A stretch of 27,512 nt of DNA from Pseudomonadota bacterium (lineage in GTDB: Bacteria > UBA10199 > 2-02-FULL-44-16 > JAAZCA01). How positions within the stretch are numbered: the stretch's first letter is position 1; every line of letters begins with the position of its first letter. Positions 8,736 through 17,176 of this stretch are shown piece after piece. The notes below the pieces were generated by a model, which saw only the letters and a list, made by a program, of their open reading frames with translations, searched no databases and was not told the origin of the DNA. A program made the translations under genes and the position numbers. Where the stretch lies: NCBI GenBank assembly GCA_043798915.1, contig JAZDOG010000015.1, positions 1 to 27,512 on the forward strand. The letters run 5' to 3'.

Positions 8736-9965
8736 TTAATTTGACAACGCAAAGTTTGCGAGGAGACCGATGTGACTGCCAAATCTGTCAGTGATCTCTA
8801 TCCTGAATTCATCTCCTCTTGCGGCCTGAACGCTGACATCCAGCTGTGCGGGAAAGAGCGGTGACACCTGTATTTGCTCGATGATGCGTCGGCGTCCCCT
8901 GGATATCTGCAGGATGTCAGCCCGGCCTTCGAAGAAGACGCCGAAAGAGCCGGTGAGTCTTTCTCCATCGAGCGCGAGCGGCGCGCATGTTATGCCAATT
9001 GTATTAATACCCGTGACGTCGCCTGCGCATCTCGCGGCCCCGATGAGAAACTCATCGGCCCTGTGTTCGCCGGGAGCCAGGGTCACAAGACTCCCCGTCG
9101 CCTCGAGTTCGTAATATGAGCTTTCGATGATGCCCGTGTACAGCTGAATCGAGCTGCCGCCGTCGGGGTATTGCGCGCCGGGGATATTATGCGGAGCCTG
9201 GAGCGCGAAGACGCCGCCGTTTGACGCGTGATACGGGCGCTGCCGGGCTGCTATCCAGGAGCGTCCGTCAAAACCGAGTTTGCATTCGTTTCCGGTGTAA
9301 GTGATTTTTGTTACGTCTTCGCGGGTATCGCCGCTGATGGGTTTGGCCGCCGGATCGCCCATCAGCACTGTGTAGCCGAGTTTCATTTTCGAAGCGGGCG
9401 AGGGGGGGATGAATATTCGAGAGGCCCCGGCGATTCCCGATAGCTGGACGATGATCCAGTTGGCCCAGGTCCGGGGCCGCTCGGTCATGTTGGTCATCGA
9501 CGGCGTCACCCGGACGAGCGACGAGGATGGCACGGATTCAAATCGCGTCGCGAGCTTGAGACCCAGGATGTCCGGGTCGTGTGCCTCGAGCCTGATGGCG
9601 TTGCCTCCCTCGACAACCATGGTGCGCGGGCTGTTCAGGGCCGGGGGCGGCGGCCAGTCGCGGCCCCAGGGTGTATCCCTCCACTGGCCTTGCGGCGCCA
9701 CGTCGGTCCTCACTCCCCCGAAGTTGTGGAACTCCGATGTGTCGTCCCCTGTCGCCGCATATATCCTGCCCCTCTCGCGTGCGGAGGTGTAGAGCATCTC
9801 CTCCCATGTGCCATGTGGCGCGGCCGGATACGGGGCCAGCGAATATTGCCACAGGCGCGCGGCCTCGCCGGCGACGATAAAGGACATGCACTGGTTTGCT
9901 ACGGAAACGGCATCCCATCCCGCGATGCCTGCCGGACTGATCGTTGGCAATAACAGTGGATTCAT
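8736..9965 (-). CDS. DUF4380-like protein (galactose mutarotase-like beta-sandwich); start moved to ATG 9965
   Basis: HNFGGVRTDVAPQGQW...WPPPPAL, MTN...RTWANWIIVQL and YYELEATG resemble DUF4380 proteins. ATG 9965 forms an ATGA overlap with the upstream stop at 9964-9962. Confidence 0.6.
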   Translation of the reverse strand: MNPLLLPTISPAGIAGWDAVSVANQCMSFIVAGEAARLWQYSLAPYPAAPHGTWEEMLYTSARERGRIYAATGDDTSEFHNFGGVRTDVAPQGQWRDTPWGRDWPPPPALNSPRTMVVEGGNAIRLEAHDPDILGLKLATRFESVPSSSLVRVTPSMTNMTERPRTWANWIIVQLSGIAGASRIFIPPSPASKMKLGYTVLMGDPAAKPISGDTREDVTKITYTGNECKLGFDGRSWIAARQRPYHASNGGVFALQAPHNIPGAQYPDGGSSIQLYTGIIESSYYELEATGSLVTLAPGEHRADEFLIGAARCAGDVTGINTIGITCAPLALDGERLTGSFGVFFEGRADILQISRGRRRIIEQIQVSPLFPAQLDVSVQAARGDEFRIEITDRFGSHIGLLANFALSN

Positions 9966-12883
9966 TTTTCCGTTCTCAGTGCTGTCCTGAACCATCTCGC
10001 CCGCCCCCAGCGCGGGGGAGGAGTGCCCATGTCCCTTGATATACTATAATGATCGAAGAGCCAATCCCTCTCGCCGAAAAATTTCCTTATCGCATCGCCG
10101 TGCGGACCGCTGCGCGCGGCCCACGTTGCGATGAGAAGGCCTCGACGGGCCTGCCTGCGGCCCGGTTCCAGGTCGACGGCGAGTTGATCGAGCATGTTCA
10201 GGTAGTGCGCGGCGTCTGCCGCAGGGACGGCTTTTTTTCCGCCAGCCGCGAGCATCGACGAAACCATCATGAAATATCTCTCTTCCGGTCTTGTCTCAAA
10301 CGGTTCGTCCTTGCCCCTGGTCGTGAATGCGAATGCGAGAAATGGGGAGAGATGTTCGACGAGCGTGCGGCCGGTGAGCGGCATCCAGAATCGCCAGCGC
10401 GTGCCGGCCTGAGCGGCCTGGGTCAAGAGCTTCTGCGCCGCATCTGCCTTGGGGGCGGCGATCTTCTCGCGGAAATCCCCGCGCATCGAGGCGCCTGCAA
10501 CCGGTTCCGATGCGACGCGCGTCATCCACGGGCATTGGATGAAAGTCTGGCACACCATCGAAGCCAGCGTTCCACCCCAGGTCGACCAGCCGAACATGAT
10601 CCTGAAGAAATTGCCGAGCGTCTCCGCGGAGAATGAGCGAAGCGCCTTGTTTTGCCACAGCCTCAGCTGGCCGAAGCCGAGGAGGAGGGCATGGGCAAAA
10701 CCGATCGGGATGAGGCCGATCTGTATCGCCATCGATGCCCCGAAGCTTTCGGAAAAAGTGTGAGGGCGGATTGCCCCCAGCAACATCTGAGCACCCACTC
10801 CTGCATATGTCACCTCAAGCAGCGGCGCGCGCAGGAAGTTGGAAAAATCCCAGCCCGTTGGCCTGATGCCGCTCATCAGCTGGTCGCGCGCCTGGAAGCC
10901 CACCGCGAGGCCGGGAATCACCCAGGCATCCTTCGGCGCGACGCCCAGCGAGAGGGCGAAGTCGGTTGCCAGAAGCCATGCGCCGGGCAGGAGAGAGAGC
11001 TCGAGCGCCCTCGTGAGCCGCGGATGGGAGGCGATCGCCCTGTTGCGCAGCTCGGGGCTGAACATCGTCGCACCGGCCCAGATCCCTGCGCCCACTTCCA
11101 TCACCGTCGCGAGGTCTTTTATCTCGAGCGAACCCGGGCTTATCCCCCGCACTCCGTTCAGCGGATTTCCTCCGACCCAGGAGAGAAAGCGGTGATCGGC
11201 GCCGAGGAACGCGCTGACCCCGGACCCGAAGGTCGTGGAGCCGCTGAAGGCCTTCCAGAACTGGCTCAGGCCGTCCGCAAATCCTGATCTTCCGATCAGG
11301 TCCCAGAGCGCGCTGCCCTGCTGCAGGGCCGGTGAGACAAGGCCTGCCATCGCGCTGCCCGGACCATGGAGCTGCGCCGTGTTGCCGGACGCATTGGTGA
11401 CGAGATGGCCGACGACCGGAACGCCGGCGAGAGACTGAAGTCCCGGGACCGCGCCGCCATAGATCATGTAGGTCGCGCCGAGTTCCCCAACCCTTGCGGC
11501 GCTGTCGCCCATCGTCTGGAGCGGAGTCCGTATCGAGTAGCCGGTGGCCAGCGCCTGCCCTGCCTCCGGAGAGGCAAACCCATTCATGAGTTTTCTTGCG
11601 CCGGAGGCAAATGTCGCTCCTGCGCCTGAGAATTGCATCAGCGTCGGCGCGTCGTGGTGACCCGCGAGCGCACCCCACGCCATCGCTGTCAGCGCCCCGA
11701 CGGCAGAGATCGCCCAATAATCGCCGCCGGATGAATGCGTGGCCTCTGCGAGACCAGCGCTCACCGCCGCGCCCCAGTGTCCCCTGGCACGGAGCTCGCG
11801 AAGCCTTCCCTTGTCATCCAGGAGGGGCGCGATCGGGCTTTCGGCCGAGGCCATGGACTCCGCCGCCAGCGTTTCGGGATACAATCGGAACAGGTCGCCG
11901 GCAATTTCGCGCGCTCGAAGCGAATAGCCGTGCGCCATCATCTGTCTGATCGCAAAGGCGTGCAGCTCCGAAGCGATGAATCTTTCCTGAGCGCGATTCT
12001 CGCCCGGGCCTTCTTCCTGGAGAAGATAATTGATTTCGTGCAGCTCTGCGATCGCGCGGGTGTACGCGGCGTTCCTTGCGTCGCGCGTCCTCTCAGCGGC
12101 ATGCTGCATGTGGATGTCGAATCTGCCCATCAGCGACTGCAGGTAGATGAGCCGTTCGGCGGGGTCCTTGATGTTCGTCTGGCCGCCGGAGTCCTGCAGC
12201 CGGGTCACGTTGGCCGTCAGAAGTTCCAGGGCCGTCGCCGCGCTTCCATGAGTCCTCCGCACGAGGTTTGCGCGGGCCAGGCGCTCATGCGACAGGAGTT
12301 CGGAATTGCCGCTCTGCGCCGCCTGGTTCCGCACACGGTCCAGGGCTCCGTAGGTCGCGGCATCCGCGCCTGCAAACCAGTTGGCTTCTCCCAGGGTGCA
12401 GAGCGCATACTCCGCGTCGGCCAGTGCGCCGTCTCTGTCGAGGGTTTGTCTTGTTTCACGAAACGCATTTCCGGCTGCCGCGACATCTCCCTGCATGAGG
12501 AGTGCGAGGGCGCTGGATAAATCAAATCCCTCAGCCGTCGCAGCTCGGTGGAATGATGAGGGGACGACCAATTTCGGCCCGAGGATCGCTTGAGCCAGTT
12601 CGTTGCCGTCCGATGCTGCGGCGTAGGCGCTTCTGAGATGGACATTTGCCGGCTGTCCCGTCAGCGGGGCATAGACGTTCGGAGGCGGCGCGTTCCAGCC
12701 GATCAATCGCTGAAGCGTCCCCAGCTGTGGAAATGTGACGGAAGGTGCAAAAGGTTGGACCGTCGGGGTCAGCGCGACAGCGGGTGCAGGCGGTGCCATG
12801 TCCCTGTGGAATCCTCTCCCGGAGCCAGCCCCCGCGGCGCCGCTGGTTTCGGAATCCCTATCAAAGCGGCCCGCTGCTTTCAA
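9962..12883 (-). CDS. Large hypothetical protein: helical (TPR-like) N-half, multi-hydrophobic-segment C-half; distant member of the giant-protein family in this window
   Basis: 973-codon ORF; start may be ATG 12799 (MAPPAPAV). Segment APLLDDKGRL...hydrophobic pair...ASPEAGQALATGYS parallels APQVFTAGGKL...ASEQYRQASMTGIS in 17177-22063. Confidence 0.75.
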   Translation of the reverse strand: MKAAGRFDRDSETSGAAGAGSGRGFHRDMAPPAPAVALTPTVQPFAPSVTFPQLGTLQRLIGWNAPPPNVYAPLTGQPANVHLRSAYAAASDGNELAQAILGPKLVVPSSFHRAATAEGFDLSSALALLMQGDVAAAGNAFRETRQTLDRDGALADAEYALCTLGEANWFAGADAATYGALDRVRNQAAQSGNSELLSHERLARANLVRRTHGSAATALELLTANVTRLQDSGGQTNIKDPAERLIYLQSLMGRFDIHMQHAAERTRDARNAAYTRAIAELHEINYLLQEEGPGENRAQERFIASELHAFAIRQMMAHGYSLRAREIAGDLFRLYPETLAAESMASAESPIAPLLDDKGRLRELRARGHWGAAVSAGLAEATHSSGGDYWAISAVGALTAMAWGALAGHHDAPTLMQFSGAGATFASGARKLMNGFASPEAGQALATGYSIRTPLQTMGDSAARVGELGATYMIYGGAVPGLQSLAGVPVVGHLVTNASGNTAQLHGPGSAMAGLVSPALQQGSALWDLIGRSGFADGLSQFWKAFSGSTTFGSGVSAFLGADHRFLSWVGGNPLNGVRGISPGSLEIKDLATVMEVGAGIWAGATMFSPELRNRAIASHPRLTRALELSLLPGAWLLATDFALSLGVAPKDAWVIPGLAVGFQARDQLMSGIRPTGWDFSNFLRAPLLEVTYAGVGAQMLLGAIRPHTFSESFGASMAIQIGLIPIGFAHALLLGFGQLRLWQNKALRSFSAETLGNFFRIMFGWSTWGGTLASMVCQTFIQCPWMTRVASEPVAGASMRGDFREKIAAPKADAAQKLLTQAAQAGTRWRFWMPLTGRTLVEHLSPFLAFAFTTRGKDEPFETRPEERYFMMVSSMLAAGGKKAVPAADAAHYLNMLDQLAVDLEPGRRQARRGLLIATWAARSGPHGDAIRKFFGERDWLFDHYSISRDMGTPPPRWGRARWFRTALRTEK

Positions 12884-12908
12884 GGAATAGTTTTCACCGT
12901 TTTCCGAC

Positions 12909-12935
12909 TTGTCGCAATTGGCATTTTAAAAAGGC
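12909..12935 (-). promoter_or_regulatory. Weak copy of the sigma-28-like promoter motif
   Basis: GCCTTTTT-N11-TGCGACAA on the minus strand, upstream of the 973-aa gene. Confidence 0.35.
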
Positions 12936-12970
12936 CAAAACCACAACCCGACACTTGAATTTCCTCCAAA

Positions 12971-13082
12971 ACCCTCCCTCCCTCGATGGGAGGGAGTCGG
13001 AGGGAGGGTGACCCTGCGAAATTCCTTCACCTGGTTTCCATTCTCACCCTCTCCCTGACCCTCTCCCATCAAGGGAGAGGGG
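12971..13082. repeat. Inverted pair of about 40-bp palindromic REP/CIR-like repeats
   Basis: Reverse complement of 12971-13011 is TCACCCTCCCTCCGACTCCCTCCCATCGAGGGAGGGAGGGT; 13044-13082 is TCACCCTCTCCCTGACCCTCTCCCATCAAGGGAGAGGGG. Each copy contains its own hairpin; the spacer is 32 nt. Confidence 0.85.
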
Positions 13083-13114
13083 AAAGCGGTGTCGGATTGT
13101 GGGCCAGTTAATAA

Positions 13115-13140
13115 GCAACTTTTTTTGTTTTTGACGATAA
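13115..13140 (+). promoter_or_regulatory. Sigma-28 (FliA)-like promoter
   Basis: GCAACTTT-N10-GACGATAA, about 55 nt before the ATG at 13195. Confidence 0.55.
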
Positions 13141-13194
13141 CTTAGCGTACAAGTCGCTAAATGAGAAATCTTCCAAGGAAGCAAAGGAGGTGTT

Positions 13195-13749
13195 ATGGGA
13201 GCGGTGACGGCGAAGGTTGGAACAGAACGGAATGCGTTCGATCTGGCATACACGTTTGAGAATGACGGGTTGGATCAAACATCGGCACAATGCAGGCAGA
13301 TGTTTCGAGGCACGCAAGATGCCGACCAAGCATGCTCCATCGTTCGTGATGCTTTTCAAAATGTCGGCGTGGAGCAGCGTGTTTCCGATCTGAAACGCTA
13401 TTTCTCCGATACGTTTGTCGCAGAGCTCTTGGAGGAGGACCGGCAGGAAGAAAATATGTCGGCGCGTCTCGCGATTGCCCTGCTTTTGGCGAAGAACTCC
13501 GAGGCGGTCCCGACAAATGAGCGTGTCCAGGCGGCCTACCAATTGGTCAGGCACCGGGGCGTATCGTCGGCGCGCGCACTCCGCATTGCCCTCGGGGACG
13601 AGAATGGCGAGGTCAGGCGAGCGGCCGCGCAGATATTGGGCAAACGTCAGGAGACCCGGATCCTCATGGAAGCTGTCAAAGATCCGAAAGCAGAAAACCC
13701 CATCAGAATCAGACGGAGCGAAAATAAAATTTCGATAGTAAGGGGTTAG
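13195..13749 (+). CDS. Hypothetical protein with C-terminal HEAT repeat
   Basis: Strong RBS AAGGAGG; ALRIALGDENGEVRRAAAQILG is a typical HEAT/PBS-lyase repeat. Confidence 0.7.
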   Translation: MGAVTAKVGTERNAFDLAYTFENDGLDQTSAQCRQMFRGTQDADQACSIVRDAFQNVGVEQRVSDLKRYFSDTFVAELLEEDRQEENMSARLAIALLLAKNSEAVPTNERVQAAYQLVRHRGVSSARALRIALGDENGEVRRAAAQILGKRQETRILMEAVKDPKAENPIRIRRSENKISIVRG

Positions 13750-13760
13750 GTTGCCTTGGT

Positions 13761-13846
13761 AAAGGGGTCATATCGGCTTCCGTTGTGTCGTCCCGCCCCA
13801 GGACTCCCCCCAAAAATAGTGCAGCCTTTTACCCTTTTGACTTTTT
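13761..13846. repeat. Short element bounded by motifs matching the 3' end of the RAYT gene
   Basis: AAAGGGGTCA (13761-13770) is the reverse complement of TGACCCCTTT (976-985); CCCTTTTGACTTTT (13832-13845) is identical to 980-993. Confidence 0.45.
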
Positions 13847-13896
13847 CCCACCGGTCAGTCGCACCTTTCAGGTGTGGCTGATGGCCGCAAAAATGC

Positions 13897-13926
13897 TAGA
13901 CAGTATGGCGTTTGAGCGGGTAGAAT
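13897..13926 (+). promoter_or_regulatory. Probable sigma-70 promoter for the two-gene module
   Basis: TAGACA-N18-TAGAAT, followed by RBS GAGGAGG and ATG 13951. Confidence 0.45.
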
Positions 13927-13950
13927 ACCATCATTCTGAGGAGGTGCCGC

Positions 13951-14226
13951 ATGGGACAGAAATTGACGTGGGAAGAGATTCGGACACAGTTTCCTGACAA
14001 ATTTGTCCTGATTGATAACTGCGATGAACATCAAATTGATGCCACGCACTCCGAAATCCTTGGTGGCGAAGTTGTTTTGGTCACTTCCGATGGAAAGCGA
14101 GTCTTTGATGAATACAAGCGCCGCGGCAAGCCCAGCGCCATGACCTTCGCCCACACACACTGGCTCAAGCTGGAAATTGAAGATATCCAGGCTCCCAGCC
14201 TCCGCTTGATGCACAACCATGAATAA
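13951..14226 (+). CDS. Small DUF5678-like hypothetical protein
   Basis: LTWEEIRTQFPDKFVLI...GGEVV resembles small proteins found upstream of retropepsin-like proteases; strong RBS; overlaps the next gene by 8 nt. Confidence 0.65.
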   Translation: MGQKLTWEEIRTQFPDKFVLIDNCDEHQIDATHSEILGGEVVLVTSDGKRVFDEYKRRGKPSAMTFAHTHWLKLEIEDIQAPSLRLMHNHE

Positions 14227-14632
14227 AATTCCATTTCAACTGAAACATGGATTGATATTCATTTTAGTCACGCTCGTCTATCGCGGCAACAGCACTATCT
14301 TGAAAAATTGTATCTTTGATACCGGAGCCGCTGGCACAACATTTGATTCGGATTTCGTGGCGCCGATTGGAATCGTGGCCTCACCTGCCAGCAGAATCAG
14401 GAGGCTTGCCACAATTGGCGGGTATGAGCGCGTGTTCACCCATGAACTCGATCAATTGTCGATCGGTGACGCTGTTTTCAAACAGATTGAAATCGAAGTC
14501 GGCGACCTGACATCCAAATTTGCCATCGATGGTATTATCGGGGTCGATGTTATTCAGAAATTCAATTGGGTAATGGATTTCACATCAAGCCAGCTCATTC
14601 CATCCTTGCCCTCCGCCCAAGGCCGCGCCTGA
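14219..14632 (+). CDS. Retropepsin-like (clan AA) single-domain aspartyl protease
   Basis: Catalytic IFDTGA, flap TIGG, C-terminal DGIIGVD motif; 137 aa; no signal peptide visible. Confidence 0.88.
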   Translation: MNKIPFQLKHGLIFILVTLVYRGNSTILKNCIFDTGAAGTTFDSDFVAPIGIVASPASRIRRLATIGGYERVFTHELDQLSIGDAVFKQIEIEVGDLTSKFAIDGIIGVDVIQKFNWVMDFTSSQLIPSLPSAQGRA

Positions 14633-14752
14633 TTTTTGCCGAGTGAGTTTCTCTTCTTGAAAATTCCGGAATTCCATGAAACGTCCCCATTCGTTTCAAA
14701 CGGCGCTGCATTGCAACGACTAATCTGTTGATTTATAAGGGCAAAAAATCTA

Positions 14753-14779
14753 GCAACTTTTTTTCATTCCTGCCGACAA
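14753..14779 (+). promoter_or_regulatory. Sigma-28 (FliA)-like promoter
   Basis: GCAACTTT-N11-GCCGACAA, about 60 nt before the ATG at 14841. Confidence 0.65.
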
Positions 14780-14840
14780 GGGGTTTGGATACAGCCATTG
14801 CTTTTCCCGGCCTCAATGTGACACAAGAGGTGTCCGAGAT

Positions 14841-16991
14841 ATGACTCCGCCTAAAGGCATCAGCTCGTTCGACGAAGTGGAGATGTGCCCTCAGAATCTT
14901 CTGTATCCGCAGTATTGCCAGCTGATGATGGATCCAGAATCGAAGCGCGGCATCTCATGCGGCAATCCCGGCTCCGACGCCGGATCTGCTGACCCGCAGA
15001 GATGGGCCCTCACTCTTGATCAGTTTGTCAACCGGGCGCTTCCGTTCCTGGATTCGGAGGGATACAGGGAAATCTGCGCCGGCGGAGAGGGCTCCGCGCG
15101 AGGCAGCCGCGCGATATTCGCAACGAAGAATCCCATGGCCGTCGTGCCGCCTCCCGCAACGCCCGGCGCCCCTTCTCAGGATCTCATCGATTTGATCGCC
15201 AACAGCAGCGTGCATACTACCTGTCAGGCGCCCAGGGATATTGAGAAGAGGACGCTCCCGGCCGACATCGACTTGAGCTCGGCCAGGTATCTCGCATCGA
15301 AGCTGCGCCATGCCGCGGACAGCTGCTTCTCCGCGGAGAAAAATGGCCTGATCAGCTACAAGCTGAACCCGGAGGTCGTGGCCAATGTAATTTCGGGCAT
15401 GGAGGCCGACAAAAAGAACAATGCGCTGCCCGCCGGCATGACCGCAGAGAAGGCGGACGAACTCATCGGCCTGCTCGGTGAGATCAAACCGATGACTCCT
15501 GCATGGGCGATTCTCATCCAATACGGCAGCCAGTTCGTCATCGCCGCGCTCGCTGCCCTGATAGGCGGCGGAGTCATGTGGCTCGTGATGAAGGCCGCGA
15601 CTGAGAAACAGATCAAGGCGATGAGCGAGCAGATGGCCAGGCAGCTCGAGGCGCAGCGTGAGCAGACAGATAAGCTCCTCGCCGCGCAGAGGGAACAGAC
15701 GGAGGCGCTTCAGAGGGGCCCGGAACTGAAGCTCGGGGACATTGCGACAGATTCAGTGGCCGAATGGAAGGAAAAGCTGGCTGCGGATCCGGACAGCGAG
15801 ATCCTCGGCCGCGATGATGAGGCGCTTGAATATCTGCACAGGCTGGCTGCGGAGAGGAACCCTGCGAATGTCTTTCTGGAAGGGGAATCGGGCGCCGGAA
15901 AGGATTTCGTCTACGACCGGGCCGCGCAGCTTGTCGCTCTGGAAGATTCCCGGGTGCCCGATATATTCCGATCAGGAAGGGCCAGGTTGTACAAGGTGAA
16001 TCCGGTGTCGTACTCTGCGACGCCCGGAACGGTCGGGTCGTCGGCTTCGCGCTTTCAGCTGATCGAGCAGGTGATGAGGGAGGGACACAGGGTTTATTTC
16101 CCCGAGTTTGCGGATGCCGCTTCTTCCGGCGCCCATTCCGCGGGCAATGCCGAGGCGCTCGGTGCGCTGTTCAAGGTGGTCGGGAGCGAGGCCTGGAGCC
16201 GTTTGTCCGGTTCCGGGACGACCGAGGGCCTGATGGCGATGCGGGCGGATCTCCGTTTTCGAGATCTCTTCAGGCGCATTGAAAGAATGCTTATCGCGCC
16301 GATGGATCCGGAGCTGATCCTCAAGATCGTCCGGGGGAAAGTGGCGCCCTCTCACGCGCTGGACCACAATGTGACTCTGGGCGAAGGGGTGGCGGAGGAG
16401 GCGGCAAGGATCGGTCGCGCCCGCTACGAATCGTGGAAATTGGCGGAGGTCAACGCCTGCAAGATGGTGCTGAAGGACGCGATCATGCTGGCCAAAGGAG
16501 AGGCCGGATGGACGAATGAAAACGTGTTCGTCAGCCGGGATCACGTGACGAGGGCGGCTGAGACGAGGGCGGCTGAAAGGAATCTGAGTCTCCAAAATTG
16601 GTGCGATGGCCGCGCCGGGCCGTCTCGAGAATTCGGGCCAGACGGTGCTCTGGCCATGAGTCTTGTGGGCGATGCAGTCAGTGAGTTATCCAGCCGGTTG
16701 CCGGGATACCGCGATTTGCTTCCGGCAAAACAAGCAGAAATTGCGGCTGTCGTATATGAAGCTTTGCGGGATGGGAATTTCAGGCGCGCATATGTCGCCC
16801 CGGATGGCAGGATAATGGCTGAGGGCCTGGAATGGTTGATCACTCGTGTGAGAAGGCCTGCATCAGTCGCCGCGCCGGCAGAGCCGGTGCGTCCTGAACG
16901 ACCGGCCGATGCTGCTGATGCTGGTAAGGATGATAAAGCAAAGGACGTCAAACGCGATAATAGGCGAGGGGGCAACCCTCCGGTCAGATAG
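14841..16991 (+). CDS. Membrane-anchored protein with a degenerate ClpA/ClpB NBD1-like AAA+ domain
   Basis: Hydrophobic segment FVIAALAALIGGGVMWLVM, coiled coil, then ILGRDDE, NVFLEGESGAGKD (Walker A), RVPDIF, VYFPE (Walker B position), SGSGTT and DLFRRI, in the same order as ClpB NBD1 motifs. Confidence 0.7.
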   Translation: MTPPKGISSFDEVEMCPQNLLYPQYCQLMMDPESKRGISCGNPGSDAGSADPQRWALTLDQFVNRALPFLDSEGYREICAGGEGSARGSRAIFATKNPMAVVPPPATPGAPSQDLIDLIANSSVHTTCQAPRDIEKRTLPADIDLSSARYLASKLRHAADSCFSAEKNGLISYKLNPEVVANVISGMEADKKNNALPAGMTAEKADELIGLLGEIKPMTPAWAILIQYGSQFVIAALAALIGGGVMWLVMKAATEKQIKAMSEQMARQLEAQREQTDKLLAAQREQTEALQRGPELKLGDIATDSVAEWKEKLAADPDSEILGRDDEALEYLHRLAAERNPANVFLEGESGAGKDFVYDRAAQLVALEDSRVPDIFRSGRARLYKVNPVSYSATPGTVGSSASRFQLIEQVMREGHRVYFPEFADAASSGAHSAGNAEALGALFKVVGSEAWSRLSGSGTTEGLMAMRADLRFRDLFRRIERMLIAPMDPELILKIVRGKVAPSHALDHNVTLGEGVAEEAARIGRARYESWKLAEVNACKMVLKDAIMLAKGEAGWTNENVFVSRDHVTRAAETRAAERNLSLQNWCDGRAGPSREFGPDGALAMSLVGDAVSELSSRLPGYRDLLPAKQAEIAAVVYEALRDGNFRRAYVAPDGRIMAEGLEWLITRVRRPASVAAPAEPVRPERPADAADAGKDDKAKDVKRDNRRGGNPPVR

Positions 16992-17176
16992 GAGAACATG
17001 TTGTGGATTGCGCTCTTTCTCCGCGAACTATAATGAGGAACCATTGTGCCTGGAGCACAACGAACGTTCGTCGATGGATGACAGAAATGCCTTGTCAAAC
17101 CTATATCGACGGGATAGTAGCGCCGTTCTTTCAGAAGTGCTCGTTGTTTGCGGTGGGGGGGATGTGAGGAGGGGGT

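Noticed and set aside
12971..13082. CRISPR array
   Set aside because: Only two copies, in inverted orientation, and no cas genes; REP-like instead.
14677..14698. Terminator after the protease gene (TGAAACG-N8-CGTTTCA)
   Set aside because: Weak 7-bp AT-rich stem with no U-tract on the plus strand.
14841..16991. Calling this gene clpB, clpA or clpV
   Set aside because: It lacks the Clp N-domain and second NBD, has a TM segment, and both Walker motifs are altered.
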